Below the pieces are notes generated by a model, which was not told where the DNA came from, did not search any database, and was given only the letters and a program-made list of their open reading frames with translations. Position numbers and translations under genes: made by a program. Positions 29,322-38,221 of a stretch of DNA of 45,132 bases are shown piece by piece (positions within the stretch are counted from its first letter, which is position 1; every line of letters begins with the position of its first letter). The stretch comes from an uncultured bacterium (GTDB lineage Bacteria; Patescibacteriota; Minisyncoccia; Phycocordibacterales; UBA9973), in contig CAILJY010000070.1 in NCBI GenBank assembly GCA_903834665.1, forward strand, positions 1 through 45,132. Direction: 5' to 3'.

Positions 29322-30368
29322 ATGAAGGACTCAAATATTGCATTATATAGAAAATATAGACCAGAGAGTTTTGATGAAGTTATTGGCCAAGATCATATTG
29401 TTAAAGCTATTTCTGGCAGTTTAAAAGTAGGGAAGGTGGCTCATGCTTATCTTCTTTGTGGTCCGCGTGGAACAGGCAAGACAACTATTGCTCGTATTAT
29501 AGCTCGCGAGCTTGGATCATCTATAAATGATATTTATGAAATGGATGCTGCAAGTAATAGAGGGATAGATGATATAAGAGAAATTAAAGAAAATGTTCGA
29601 ACCTTGCCTTTTGATTCGAAATACAAAATTTATATTTTAGATGAAGTTCATATGTTTACCAAAGATGCATGGAATGCCCTTCTAAAAACTATCGAAGAGC
29701 CTCCAGAGCATGTTATTTTTATTCTTGCTACAACAGAGCTTGAAAAAGTCCCTGAGACAATTATTTCTCGTTGCCAGAGTTTTGTTTTTAAAAAACCAAC
29801 AGACTCTATCCTTTCAAAAGTAATAAATGATGTTGCTCAAAAAGAAGGGTATAAACTAGAAGAGGGAGGAGCAGAACTTATAGCACTCCTTGCTGATGGA
29901 GCTTTTCGTGATGCTCTAGGAACTTTACAAAAAGTTATATCTTTTACAAAAAATAAAATTATAAATATGTCTGAGATAGAAGAAATAACAGGAGCTCCAA
30001 ATAGTACTTTAGTTGATAGCTTTTTAGATGCATTAGCTCAAAATGATATTGAAAAAGGTTTTTCTTCGATAGAAAAAGCAGTTAGTCAAAATATAGAAAT
30101 GAGTGTTTATATTAAAATGATTCTTTATAAACTTCGTTATGCTCTAATGCTTCGTTATGTTCCTAGCTCAAAAGAATCAATTGAAAAAAATATAAATGAG
30201 AAAGATTTAGATTATTTGATTAAACTTATTTCTACAAAACCAGAACATATTTCATCCAATACACTTTCTATCTTACTCGAAGCTTATCAGGATCTTCGTT
30301 TTTCTGTTATCAACCAATTGCCTCTTGAACTTGCTTTAATGAAAATTCTTAATGCAGAAAATAAATAA
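29322..30368 (+). CDS. dnaX: DNA polymerase III subunit gamma/tau
   Basis: ALYRKYRP, GPRGTGKTT, ILDEVHM, SRCQ. ATG 29322 preferred over TTG 29286 because TATAAT lies 7 nt upstream. Confidence 0.95.
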   Translation: MKDSNIALYRKYRPESFDEVIGQDHIVKAISGSLKVGKVAHAYLLCGPRGTGKTTIARIIARELGSSINDIYEMDAASNRGIDDIREIKENVRTLPFDSKYKIYILDEVHMFTKDAWNALLKTIEEPPEHVIFILATTELEKVPETIISRCQSFVFKKPTDSILSKVINDVAQKEGYKLEEGGAELIALLADGAFRDALGTLQKVISFTKNKIINMSEIEEITGAPNSTLVDSFLDALAQNDIEKGFSSIEKAVSQNIEMSVYIKMILYKLRYALMLRYVPSSKESIEKNINEKDLDYLIKLISTKPEHISSNTLSILLEAYQDLRFSVINQLPLELALMKILNAENK

Positions 30369-31602
30369 TAAAATTTGGGATGTAATAATTATAGGAGGAG
30401 GAGCATCTGGAATGATGGCTGGAGCTGTGGCTTCTTCGCGTTCTTTATCGGTATTGATTATAGATAAGAATAAATCCCTTGGAGAAAAATTAAAAATCAC
30501 TGGGGGAGGACGATGCAATATTACAAATAATGAACCAGATATTCATAAACTATTAAAAGTTTATGGAGAAGGTGCCCCATATTTATATTCACCTTTTTCT
30601 ATTTTTGGAGTTAAAGATACTTTTAATTATTTTGAGTCTCTTGGTTTGCCCCTTGTTGTTCAAGCCCGTAATCGTGTTTTTCCAAAAACAGAAAAAGCAT
30701 TTGATGTTTTTAATGTTTTATATAAAGAATTGATAAAAAATAATACAATTATAAAAACAAATTGTATTGTAACTAAAATTAATAAAGATAAAAATGAAAT
30801 AATAAGTATTGATACTAATCAAGGGAAATTATATGCAAAATCTTTTATTTTAGCGACAGGGGGGTTATCACATCCAGAGACTGGGTCAACAGGGGATGGT
30901 TTTAAATTTTTAAGAGAAATTGGCCATTCTGTAATTGATCCAAATCCAAATGTTGTACCTATTATGGTAGGCGATAGTTGGGTTAAAGATTTAGCAGGAG
31001 TAACATTATCTTTTATGAAAATAACATTTTATTTAGAAAATAAAAAACAATTTTCTAAAACAGGTAAAATATTATTTACACACTTTGGCCTTTCTGGACC
31101 TCTTATTTTAAATAGTGCTAAAGACATTAAAATGCTTCTTGATAAAGGGTTAGTTACCGCGTCTATAGATCTTTATCCTGATACAGATATAAGTGATTTG
31201 GATAAAAAGATTATAAAAATTTTCGATTCAAATAAAAATAAAATGTTAAAAAGTATAATAAAAGAAATTGTACCAGATGGTATGTCTAAAGCTTTTTTAG
31301 AAATTATAAATTTTATTGATTTAAATATTAAGGTTCATAGTATAACAAAAGAAGAGAGAAGAAAAATAATTGATTTATTAAAAGATTTACCTTTATCTAT
31401 AGAAGATTTGATGGGGTATGATAGATCAGTAGTTTCTGATGGAGGAGTTGTTATTTCTGAAGTAGACATGAAAAATATGCGTTCAAAAAAATTTTTGAAT
31501 TTATATATTACTGGGGATTTACTTCATTTAAATAGAAATTCAGGAGGATATAGTCTACAGATTTGTTGGACGACTGGCTATATTGCAGGCATGTCCGTAT
31601 AA
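30352..31602 (+). CDS. HI0933/BaiN family flavoprotein
   Basis: IIGGGASG, KLKITGGGRCNITN, ATGGLS.P.TGSTGDG, LFTHFGLSGP, GGYSLQ. Confidence 0.9.
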   Translation: MQKINNKIWDVIIIGGGASGMMAGAVASSRSLSVLIIDKNKSLGEKLKITGGGRCNITNNEPDIHKLLKVYGEGAPYLYSPFSIFGVKDTFNYFESLGLPLVVQARNRVFPKTEKAFDVFNVLYKELIKNNTIIKTNCIVTKINKDKNEIISIDTNQGKLYAKSFILATGGLSHPETGSTGDGFKFLREIGHSVIDPNPNVVPIMVGDSWVKDLAGVTLSFMKITFYLENKKQFSKTGKILFTHFGLSGPLILNSAKDIKMLLDKGLVTASIDLYPDTDISDLDKKIIKIFDSNKNKMLKSIIKEIVPDGMSKAFLEIINFIDLNIKVHSITKEERRKIIDLLKDLPLSIEDLMGYDRSVVSDGGVVISEVDMKNMRSKKFLNLYITGDLLHLNRNSGGYSLQICWTTGYIAGMSV

Positions 31603-31608
31603 TATTAT

Positions 31609-32625
31609 TTAACTTTTTAATCCTTTTTTATAAATAGAAATTAGGCTATACAATAAACTTAAAACAAGTGGGCCGATAAGAATTCCAAGTGGGCCGATAA
31701 ATGACACTCCTCCTAAAATAGAAAATAGAATAAATAGAGATGGTATTTCTGTGTCTTTAGAAATAATATATGGATTTAATAAATTATCTATCGCTCCAAT
31801 CAGAATTATTGACCAGGCAAGAAGTCCTAATGCTTGTAATTGCATTCCAGTAAAGAATAAGAATAATATAGCAGGGACCGAGACAATAGAAGTTCCTATG
31901 GTTGGGACAAAAGAAGCAATACCAGCCACAACTGCCCAGATGATAGGATTAGGAATTCCAAAAATCATAAATCCAATCCAAGCTAGAATTCCTTGAGCTA
32001 TAGCTATAATAAAAGATCCTTTGAAAATTCTATTTATTGAATTTTTGAGATTTATTAAAATCTCATTTGTGTCTTCATCTTTAAGTGGAAAAATATTAAT
32101 AAAACCTTTTTTCCATTTTTCACCATCTTTTAATAAATAGAAAAGAGCAAGTATCATTACTGTGAACATTAAAATAGAATTTAATGTTGAAGTAAAGAAA
32201 TTTGCTAAATTACCAGTTAATGATGACATTAATTCTGTTATTTTGGAATGAACATCAAAATCAAACCCAATTGGAAGTAAACGATTTACAGAGGAATTGA
32301 TTGATTCTATTATATGATTAGAAGCTCCAGAACTAACTACATTGTAATACATGTCTTGAGTTTGATTAAAAATTGCTTTACCAACAAAAAACAAAGGGAT
32401 ACATAAACATAAAATAAATAGAATTACAGTGATAACAGAAGCAAGCCATGATATATTTTTAACTAAATGATTTTTTATAAATAAATAAATTGGAGAAAGG
32501 ACAACAGCGAAAGCTGCTGATAATATAAAAATAGTAAGAAATGGATAAAAAATTATAAGAGTTAGTACTATGGTTATTAGTAATAATATAAACAAAAAAT
32601 ATTTTTCTGTTGAATTTGTTTGCAT
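31609..32625 (-). CDS. AI-2E family transporter
   Basis: Multi-TM; IDNLLNP and ILGG...GPLGILIGP signature. Confidence 0.88.
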   Translation of the reverse strand: MQTNSTEKYFLFILLLITIVLTLIIFYPFLTIFILSAAFAVVLSPIYLFIKNHLVKNISWLASVITVILFILCLCIPLFFVGKAIFNQTQDMYYNVVSSGASNHIIESINSSVNRLLPIGFDFDVHSKITELMSSLTGNLANFFTSTLNSILMFTVMILALFYLLKDGEKWKKGFINIFPLKDEDTNEILINLKNSINRIFKGSFIIAIAQGILAWIGFMIFGIPNPIIWAVVAGIASFVPTIGTSIVSVPAILFLFFTGMQLQALGLLAWSIILIGAIDNLLNPYIISKDTEIPSLFILFSILGGVSFIGPLGILIGPLVLSLLYSLISIYKKGLKS

Positions 32626-32708
32626 GAATATATTATAACATAATTTTTATTATATTTAGATAGTTGAAAAATAACTATTTTTAAGGTATTCTATAAGTGT
32701 TCAAATAT

Positions 32709-32779
32709 TTGGGGATCGTCTAATGGTAGGACAGTGGCCTTTGAAGCCATTAATTGGGGTTCGAATCCCTGTCCCCAAG
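32709..32779 (+). tRNA. tRNA-Gln(TTG)
   Basis: TTGGGGATCGTCTAATGGTAGGACA-GTGGC CTTTGAA GCCAT-...GGTTCGAATCC CTGTCCCCAAG. Confidence 0.95.
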
Positions 32780-33080
32780 CAAAATTAAGAGAAACGCAAT
32801 TTTGCGTGGGGAAGAAAATGCGATTACGCATTTTCGCCAGGGATTCGGAGACCCTGAGTATATCGCACGGAGCTTTAGCGAGTACGATACGAAGGGTGTA
32901 CAGAATCTGTAAGATTCGAAAAGTGTAATCACGGTCCCTGTCAGGGATTCGAAAGACTTTTCCTTGCCGAAGGCGGAAAAGTACCCGCGACCGTAGGGCG
33001 AGAAATTCCCTGTCCCAATCTGTAAGATTCGAAAAGTGTACTCACGGTCCATGTCCCAATTTGTAAAAATTAAAAATTCC
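32780..33080 (+). repeat. tRNA-3'-associated structured element (tRNA-Gln copy)
   Basis: Inverted tRNA-end copies TGGGGA...CAGGGATTCG, shared block GGTGTACAGAATCTGTAAGATTC, several TCCCTGTC(CCAA) direct copies, and a 39-bp internal repeat 32904-32942/33017-33055. Confidence 0.8.
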
Positions 33081-33181
33081 CTTGTAATATAATAATAATT
33101 TTTTAAATAAATTAGCATATATAAGATATGTATAGTATACTCCGAGAGTCGTTTTAGTAGAGTTTAATTTAGAATATTTAT

Positions 33182-33298
33182 ATGGATGAAGAAAAAGAAG
33201 TAGTTGAAGTAACCGAAGAAGTTGTAACTCCAGAAGTTGAGACTCCAGTTGAGGTGGAAACCCCAAGTGAAGAGGAAACTCCAGAAGCGGCTGCTTAA
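33182..33298 (+). CDS. 38-aa highly acidic small protein
   Basis: Below the ORF-track cutoff: MDEEKEVVEVTEEVVTPEVETPVEVETPSEEETPEAAA*; upstream TATACT and a downstream terminator. Confidence 0.7.
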   Translation: MDEEKEVVEVTEEVVTPEVETPVEVETPSEEETPEAAA

Positions 33299-33303
33299 AT
33301 TTT

Positions 33304-33347
33304 AGAATATAAAATCTCCCAACGAAAGAAGGGGGATTTTATATTCT
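33304..33347 (+). terminator. Terminator-like hairpin after the small acidic ORF
   Basis: AGAATATAAAATCTCCC...GGGGGATTTTATATTCT. Confidence 0.65.
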
Positions 33348-33433
33348 CCTTGTGTTTTAAGTATAAAAAGGATAGTATTTATTAATAATCATAATAACTT
33401 GTCTTTATTGATAAGTAACAAAAAAATAATTTT

Positions 33434-33982
33434 ATGGGAAATTTTCAAGGAGGAGGTAATAGAGGAGGAGGGTTTAGGGGTGGTAATGGAGGAGGACGAC
33501 CAAGTTACGGCGGTAATCGTGGAGGAGATAGAGGAGAAGTTTCAATGCATAAAGCAGTTTGTGACGAATGTCATAAAAGTTGTGAAGTTCCTTTCCGTCC
33601 ATCTGGCGATAAGCCAGTATATTGTAGTGATTGTTTTAGTAGTAAAAGAGATAATGAAGATCGTGCTCCACGAAGAGAATTTTCTGATCGTGGACCCAAG
33701 AGAGATTTTGATAATAAATCATCTTCTTTCTCAAAACCAGCACCATCTCAAGATGATGTAAAAAAACAATTAAATGAGATGAACATTAAAATAGATCGTT
33801 TGATTGGCGTAGTGGAAAAACTTGTTTCTAATAAAGTAGAATCAAAACCAGTAGTAAAATCTACTTCAGTTATTTTACCTAAAGTAGAAATAAAAAAGGT
33901 AGTAGCTGTTAAGAAAGTTGCTCCTGTTAAAGTTATTGCAAAAAAGGTAGTAGCTAAAAAAATAGTAGGAAAGAAAAAATAA
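33434..33982 (+). CDS. CxxC-x17-CxxC zinc-ribbon protein with RGG-rich N-terminus and Lys/Val/Ala-rich tail
   Basis: MHKAVCDECHKSCEVPFRPSGDKPVYCSDCF; tail VKKVAPVKVIAKKVVAKK. Confidence 0.85.
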   Translation: MGNFQGGGNRGGGFRGGNGGGRPSYGGNRGGDRGEVSMHKAVCDECHKSCEVPFRPSGDKPVYCSDCFSSKRDNEDRAPRREFSDRGPKRDFDNKSSSFSKPAPSQDDVKKQLNEMNIKIDRLIGVVEKLVSNKVESKPVVKSTSVILPKVEIKKVVAVKKVAPVKVIAKKVVAKKIVGKKK

Positions 33983-33998
33983 ATAATTCTATTTTTTT

Positions 33999-34030
33999 AC
34001 AAAAGCTCTCATTTGAGAGCTTTTGTTTTT
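33999..34030 (+). terminator. Rho-independent terminator
   Basis: ACAAAAGCTCTCA-TT-TGAGAGCTTTTGT followed by a T-run. Confidence 0.8.
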
Positions 34031-34054
34031 TATAGTAGGGGTACATTGTTACTA

Positions 34055-34083
34055 TTGACAGGTTCATATAAAAATCATATAAT
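34055..34083 (+). promoter_or_regulatory. Consensus sigma70 promoter (probably a leaderless transcript)
   Basis: TTGACA-17 nt-TATAAT, 8 nt before ATG 34092. Confidence 0.8.
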
Positions 34084-34091
34084 ACTTCATT

Positions 34092-34472
34092 ATGAAAAAA
34101 TTATCTATTATATTAATTGGGATTTTATTATTTACGGGTTTGTCTTTTGTTTCTTTGCCAAATAAAGTAGAAGCTTGTGGGTATGCTTTTGGAAGCGGAT
34201 GCAATAGCTCATACTATAGACCCTCTAATTATAATTATAGACCAATATATAATTATCCAAATTATAATTACAGAAACAATAATTCTGCTTTTAATAATAA
34301 CTATTATCCATCTTCTTATAACTACAGAAGTTATGGTTCAAATTCTGCTTTTAATAATAACTATTATCCATCTTACTATAATTATGGAAGTTATAATTCA
34401 AATACTGCTTTTAATAATTATAACAATTATTATAGAGGAAATTCATATTGTTATAATTGGTGGAGATGTTAA
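34092..34472 (+). CDS. Secreted Asn/Tyr-rich low-complexity repeat protein
   Basis: Signal peptide-like N-terminus (..KVEA|C); 60-bp repeats starting at 34281, 34341 and 34401. Confidence 0.75.
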   Translation: MKKLSIILIGILLFTGLSFVSLPNKVEACGYAFGSGCNSSYYRPSNYNYRPIYNYPNYNYRNNNSAFNNNYYPSSYNYRSYGSNSAFNNNYYPSYYNYGSYNSNTAFNNYNNYYRGNSYCYNWWRC

Positions 34473-35576
34473 TTAATTTTCTTCTTGCGGTTTTTCAATA
34501 GTGATAGTTTCAATTCCGACTGCTTCGCCGGTTATTCTCATTACGTCTTTGTCTATTTTCTTGAATTCACTACTAGAATTATCGTAATGGTTTATAACAG
34601 TTTTCAATGAATTTCCGATTTTTAGATGATATTCATTATATGATTTTAAATGTTTAGATAAGTCTTCAACTTTTTTTATGATTTCTTTTGCGGATTTCTC
34701 AATTTTAAATGCTTTGAATCCATAAACTACAGATTGTAGATATGCCATAAAAGTAGTAGGCGACACGATGATAACTTTTTTGTCGTTATAAGCATAGTCA
34801 ATAAGATTTCTAGTATTTACTTTTATTGAACCAACTTCATTTACCAATAAATCATAGTAAATTGCTTCAGCTGGAATGTACATAAAAGCAAAAGGTAAAG
34901 TTCCTTCTTCTATTTTAATATATTTTGCTGTTTCGTCTATTCTTTTTTTGAGATCATTTTTGAATTCTTTTTCGAGCTCTTCTCTTTGTTTGTCATCAAT
35001 TGCGTGCACTACTCTATCGTAATTGTCCAAAGAAAATTTTGCATCAATTGGTATTATACCTTCTTTTACTTTTATTATTGCATCAACTTTATCTTTATTT
35101 TTAAATTCATATTGCATTTCATATTGTCCAGGGGCAAGTGTGTTAGATAATATTAATTCTAAAGATGCTTCCCCCCAATTACCACGCTGTTTCTGGTGTT
35201 TAAGAGTTTTTTCTAAACTGCCAAGTTGTTCAGCTATTGTAACAAACTGCCTAGTTGCTTCATTTGTTTTTGTTTGTTCTCTCGCAACATCAATGAGACT
35301 TTTACTCATTTGTTCATTAATATCTTTTAGTAATTTTTGAGATTCCGAGAATTGATTATAAACAGCTTCCCTAGTTTCTTTTTGAGATTCACCCAGTTTA
35401 TTATCAATTATTCCAATTTTTGTATCTATATTTCTAGATAGATCATTCATTTGTTGGAATAATAATTGTATTGAATTATCTGCTTTTTCTTCGGGTTTCT
35501 TTTTAAAAATAAGAATAATCCCCGTGATTAATCCGACTAAAATGAGAATAAGAAGAATTATAATTAGTGTTTCCAT
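34473..35576 (-). CDS. rmuC: DNA recombination protein RmuC
   Basis: N-terminal TM, coiled coil, RGNWGE, PIDAKFSL, MYIPAEAIY, IVSPTT. Confidence 0.92.
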   Translation of the reverse strand: METLIIILLILILVGLITGIILIFKKKPEEKADNSIQLLFQQMNDLSRNIDTKIGIIDNKLGESQKETREAVYNQFSESQKLLKDINEQMSKSLIDVAREQTKTNEATRQFVTIAEQLGSLEKTLKHQKQRGNWGEASLELILSNTLAPGQYEMQYEFKNKDKVDAIIKVKEGIIPIDAKFSLDNYDRVVHAIDDKQREELEKEFKNDLKKRIDETAKYIKIEEGTLPFAFMYIPAEAIYYDLLVNEVGSIKVNTRNLIDYAYNDKKVIIVSPTTFMAYLQSVVYGFKAFKIEKSAKEIIKKVEDLSKHLKSYNEYHLKIGNSLKTVINHYDNSSSEFKKIDKDVMRITGEAVGIETITIEKPQEEN

Positions 35577-35633
35577 AATTGTAATTATAGTATATCATAT
35601 TTATTATAAGGATAATAAATATGATTAAATAAT

Positions 35634-36494
35634 ATGGAAGAATGGATAATTATATCAATAGGGTTACTAGTAAGTTCGGTAGCTTTGTATTTGGTTGTTA
35701 GAAAATCAAATAATGTTGAAATGTCTGTCGATATTCAAAATCTCGGAATGTTTTTGTTGCCCACTATATTTATTGGATTATATATATTATTTAAAAATGA
35801 ATCACTCGAAATTTCTATTATAAATCTTTTAATTATAATATTTGCCGCAATTTTTTTTAGTTGGCTAGGAAATATCGCATCATTAAAAGCACTAAAAAAA
35901 GCTCCAAACCCAGGGTACAGTTTGGTTATTTCAAAAAGCTATGTGTTGATGACTTCCATAGTTTCAGTTTGGATTTTTCATTCACCCTTGACCTTAAAAT
36001 CAATAATTGCAATTGTTTTAATAATAATTTTTTCAGCTGTAATTATTATCGACAGGAAAAAATTAAGTGATATAAGTAATAATATTTGGATATGGTTTAC
36101 GGTAGGAGCCTTTTTTGCATGGGGGTTTTTGGCTCTTACATTAAAATATCTAACAAGTAATGGAATGAAGTCAGTGGTGATTCTTTTTTATTTAATGCTT
36201 TTTGTTTCAATCTTGGTTTTATCTCAGATTATTTTTAAAAAAGTAAAAATTATAGTTACAAAAGAACAAAAATTTATTTTTTTATTTATTGGGATTGCTT
36301 CAACTTTTTTTAACTTATTTAATATACTTGGTTATCAGTATGCACCAAATCCGGGTTATATAAATGCAGTCAATGCTGGCTCAATAGCATTAGTTACAAT
36401 ATTTGCAGCCATCTTTTTCAGGGATGATTTATCTATAAAGAAAATAATTGGTGTTTTGGGTGTAGTTGCTAGTTTGGTCTTATTATTTATTTAA
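35634..36494 (+). CDS. EamA/DMT family transporter
   Basis: About 10 TM helices in two repeats, each containing APNPGY. Confidence 0.75.
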   Translation: MEEWIIISIGLLVSSVALYLVVRKSNNVEMSVDIQNLGMFLLPTIFIGLYILFKNESLEISIINLLIIIFAAIFFSWLGNIASLKALKKAPNPGYSLVISKSYVLMTSIVSVWIFHSPLTLKSIIAIVLIIIFSAVIIIDRKKLSDISNNIWIWFTVGAFFAWGFLALTLKYLTSNGMKSVVILFYLMLFVSILVLSQIIFKKVKIIVTKEQKFIFLFIGIASTFFNLFNILGYQYAPNPGYINAVNAGSIALVTIFAAIFFRDDLSIKKIIGVLGVVASLVLLFI

Positions 36495-36688
36495 ACTAAT
36501 TTCCCTAAATAATTTTTTAAAGTATAAATCCAGTCTTCTTCATTATCGGGATTTTGTTCTTTTTGATTAAATAAAAGTTGTACCGAACTATCATTCTTTT
36601 CAGATGGTTTGTTTTTGGAGATTATAATTACTCCAATAACTATACCGATTATGATGATAATAAGAAGAATTATAATTAAAGTATTTAT
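36491..36688 (-). pseudogene. Chimeric relic: RmuC N-terminus fused in-frame to the exonuclease C-terminus, start codon ATA
   Basis: Manual translation INTLIIILLIIIIIGIVIGVIIISKNKPSEKNDSSVQLLF|NQKEQNPDNEEDWIYTLKNYLGKLV*; the halves match rmuC residues 1-40 and the last ~26 aa of 37415..38143. Confidence 0.85.
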
Positions 36689-36772
36689 GACTAATACTAT
36701 TATATCATAAATTAATTTGATATAATTAATTTTATTAATAATTGTCGAGTTCTAACTTGGAAAATATTTAAA

Positions 36773-37399
36773 ATGAAAACAGAGAATATTATTTTAATGC
36801 AAATGGCGAGAGAATCTTTAAAGGGCAAATGGGGATTAGCTATTGGTGGTTGTGTTGTGTTTAGTTTAATATCAATAGTATTAAGTTTTATTCCTATATT
36901 TGGTTCTATTGGCTCATTAATTATTACAGGGCCATTTACTCTTGGTATTATTATTTTTTCATTATCGATTTCACGTAATCAAGAAGCCAAAGTTGGTCAA
37001 ATTTTTGATGGTTTTAATTATTTTGGGAAATCATTGGGGGCCTATTTATTAGTGGTTCTCTTTGTTCTTTTGTGGTCTCTTCTCTTAATAATTCCGGGAA
37101 TAATTGCAGCTATCTCTTACTCAATGACATTTTATATACTTGCTGATAATCCTTCAATAAAAGCAATGGAGGCAATAGATAGAAGTAAAAAGATGATGTA
37201 TGGATATAAATGGAAACTTGTTTGTTTGCAATTCCGTTTTATTGGTTGGATGCTATTATGTTTTTTTACTTTAGGAATTGGATTGTTGTGGTTAATTCCA
37301 TATATGCAAATAAGTTTTGCAAAATTCTATGATGATATAAAGGGAGAACAGATAAAAACAGAAGAAAATCCAGAAATAATAAATCCTGTTGTCATTTAA
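36773..37399 (+). CDS. DUF975 family membrane protein
   Basis: ARESLKGKWG, LWSLLLIIPGII..SYSMTFYI, S.KMM.GYKW.L, LWLIPY. Confidence 0.85.
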   Translation: MKTENIILMQMARESLKGKWGLAIGGCVVFSLISIVLSFIPIFGSIGSLIITGPFTLGIIIFSLSISRNQEAKVGQIFDGFNYFGKSLGAYLLVVLFVLLWSLLLIIPGIIAAISYSMTFYILADNPSIKAMEAIDRSKKMMYGYKWKLVCLQFRFIGWMLLCFFTLGIGLLWLIPYMQISFAKFYDDIKGEQIKTEENPEIINPVVI

Positions 37400-37414
37400 A
37401 ATTCTAATTTTTAT

Positions 37415-38143
37415 TTATATCAATTTCCCCAAATAATGTTTTAAAGTGTAAATCCAATCTTCTTCATTTTCTGGATTGTTTTGTTCTTTTTGGTTGAGCA
37501 TCCATTCTAAATATCCACGGTCAATTTGAGCAACTTCTTCAACAGTTTTACCTGTATATTTTCCAAAGTTGAACATATTCATTAGAGAAGGACGGCTAGA
37601 AATTTCAATCATCTTTTCTATGGCTTCTTCTTCATTTATATTTTCTTCATCCATTATTTTCTTTAATAATCTCTCGTATAATTTTTCAAGAACAAGAACA
37701 TCCCCAAGTGCATCATGAGCAGAAGCTTCAATATCGATATCAAGATAATATCTTAAATATTGTAAACGATATTGTGGAATAATATTATTTTTATCAAGGG
37801 CTCGTGCAACACGAAGAGTACAAATAGTATTGGTTGGTTTTATTCCTTCATTTTTAATTATTTCAAAATCAAATTTATTATTGTGAGCTACCATTACTGA
37901 ATTTGGATCTTCAAGCATTGTTTTTATTTTTTGATATTCAGGGCTTTCTTTGAAAGTATTTTTATTGGTGACCATTTTATTTGTTATATGAGTTATCGCA
38001 CTAGCTTCAGGGGGAATAGGGATAGATGGTTTGTATAATTCACAAAAAGTCTCACCATCTGTTTTATAAGCTAATTGACAAAGAAAATCTTTTTTGGGTT
38101 CATTCCCAGTTGTTTCAGTATCTAAAAATATAATTTGTTTCAT
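37415..38143 (-). CDS. DEDDh 3'-5' exonuclease (exonuclease X-like) with C-terminal FGKY.G domain
   Basis: FLDTETTG, VAHN.KFD, ICTL, AHDALGD, FNFGKYTGK...D.GYLEW. Confidence 0.88.
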   Translation of the reverse strand: MKQIIFLDTETTGNEPKKDFLCQLAYKTDGETFCELYKPSIPIPPEASAITHITNKMVTNKNTFKESPEYQKIKTMLEDPNSVMVAHNNKFDFEIIKNEGIKPTNTICTLRVARALDKNNIIPQYRLQYLRYYLDIDIEASAHDALGDVLVLEKLYERLLKKIMDEENINEEEAIEKMIEISSRPSLMNMFNFGKYTGKTVEEVAQIDRGYLEWMLNQKEQNNPENEEDWIYTLKHYLGKLI

Positions 38144-38221
38144 AAACCTATTCTACCACCAGAGAGAATATTTTTAAAATATCCTTTCTGGTGGTCTCAA
38201 AATACGTTATAATATAAGTGT

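Noticed and set aside
32734..33266. ORFs 32734..32928, 32750..33118 and 33042..33266
   Set aside because: They overlap tRNA-Gln or its trailer, or are antisense to the acidic microprotein.
33399..33761. 120-aa overlapping ORF
   Set aside because: Alternate frame of the CxxC-x17-CxxC gene.
34177..34476. Ile-rich 99-aa ORF
   Set aside because: Alternate frame of the Asn/Tyr-rich gene; the 34092 frame has the promoter and signal peptide.
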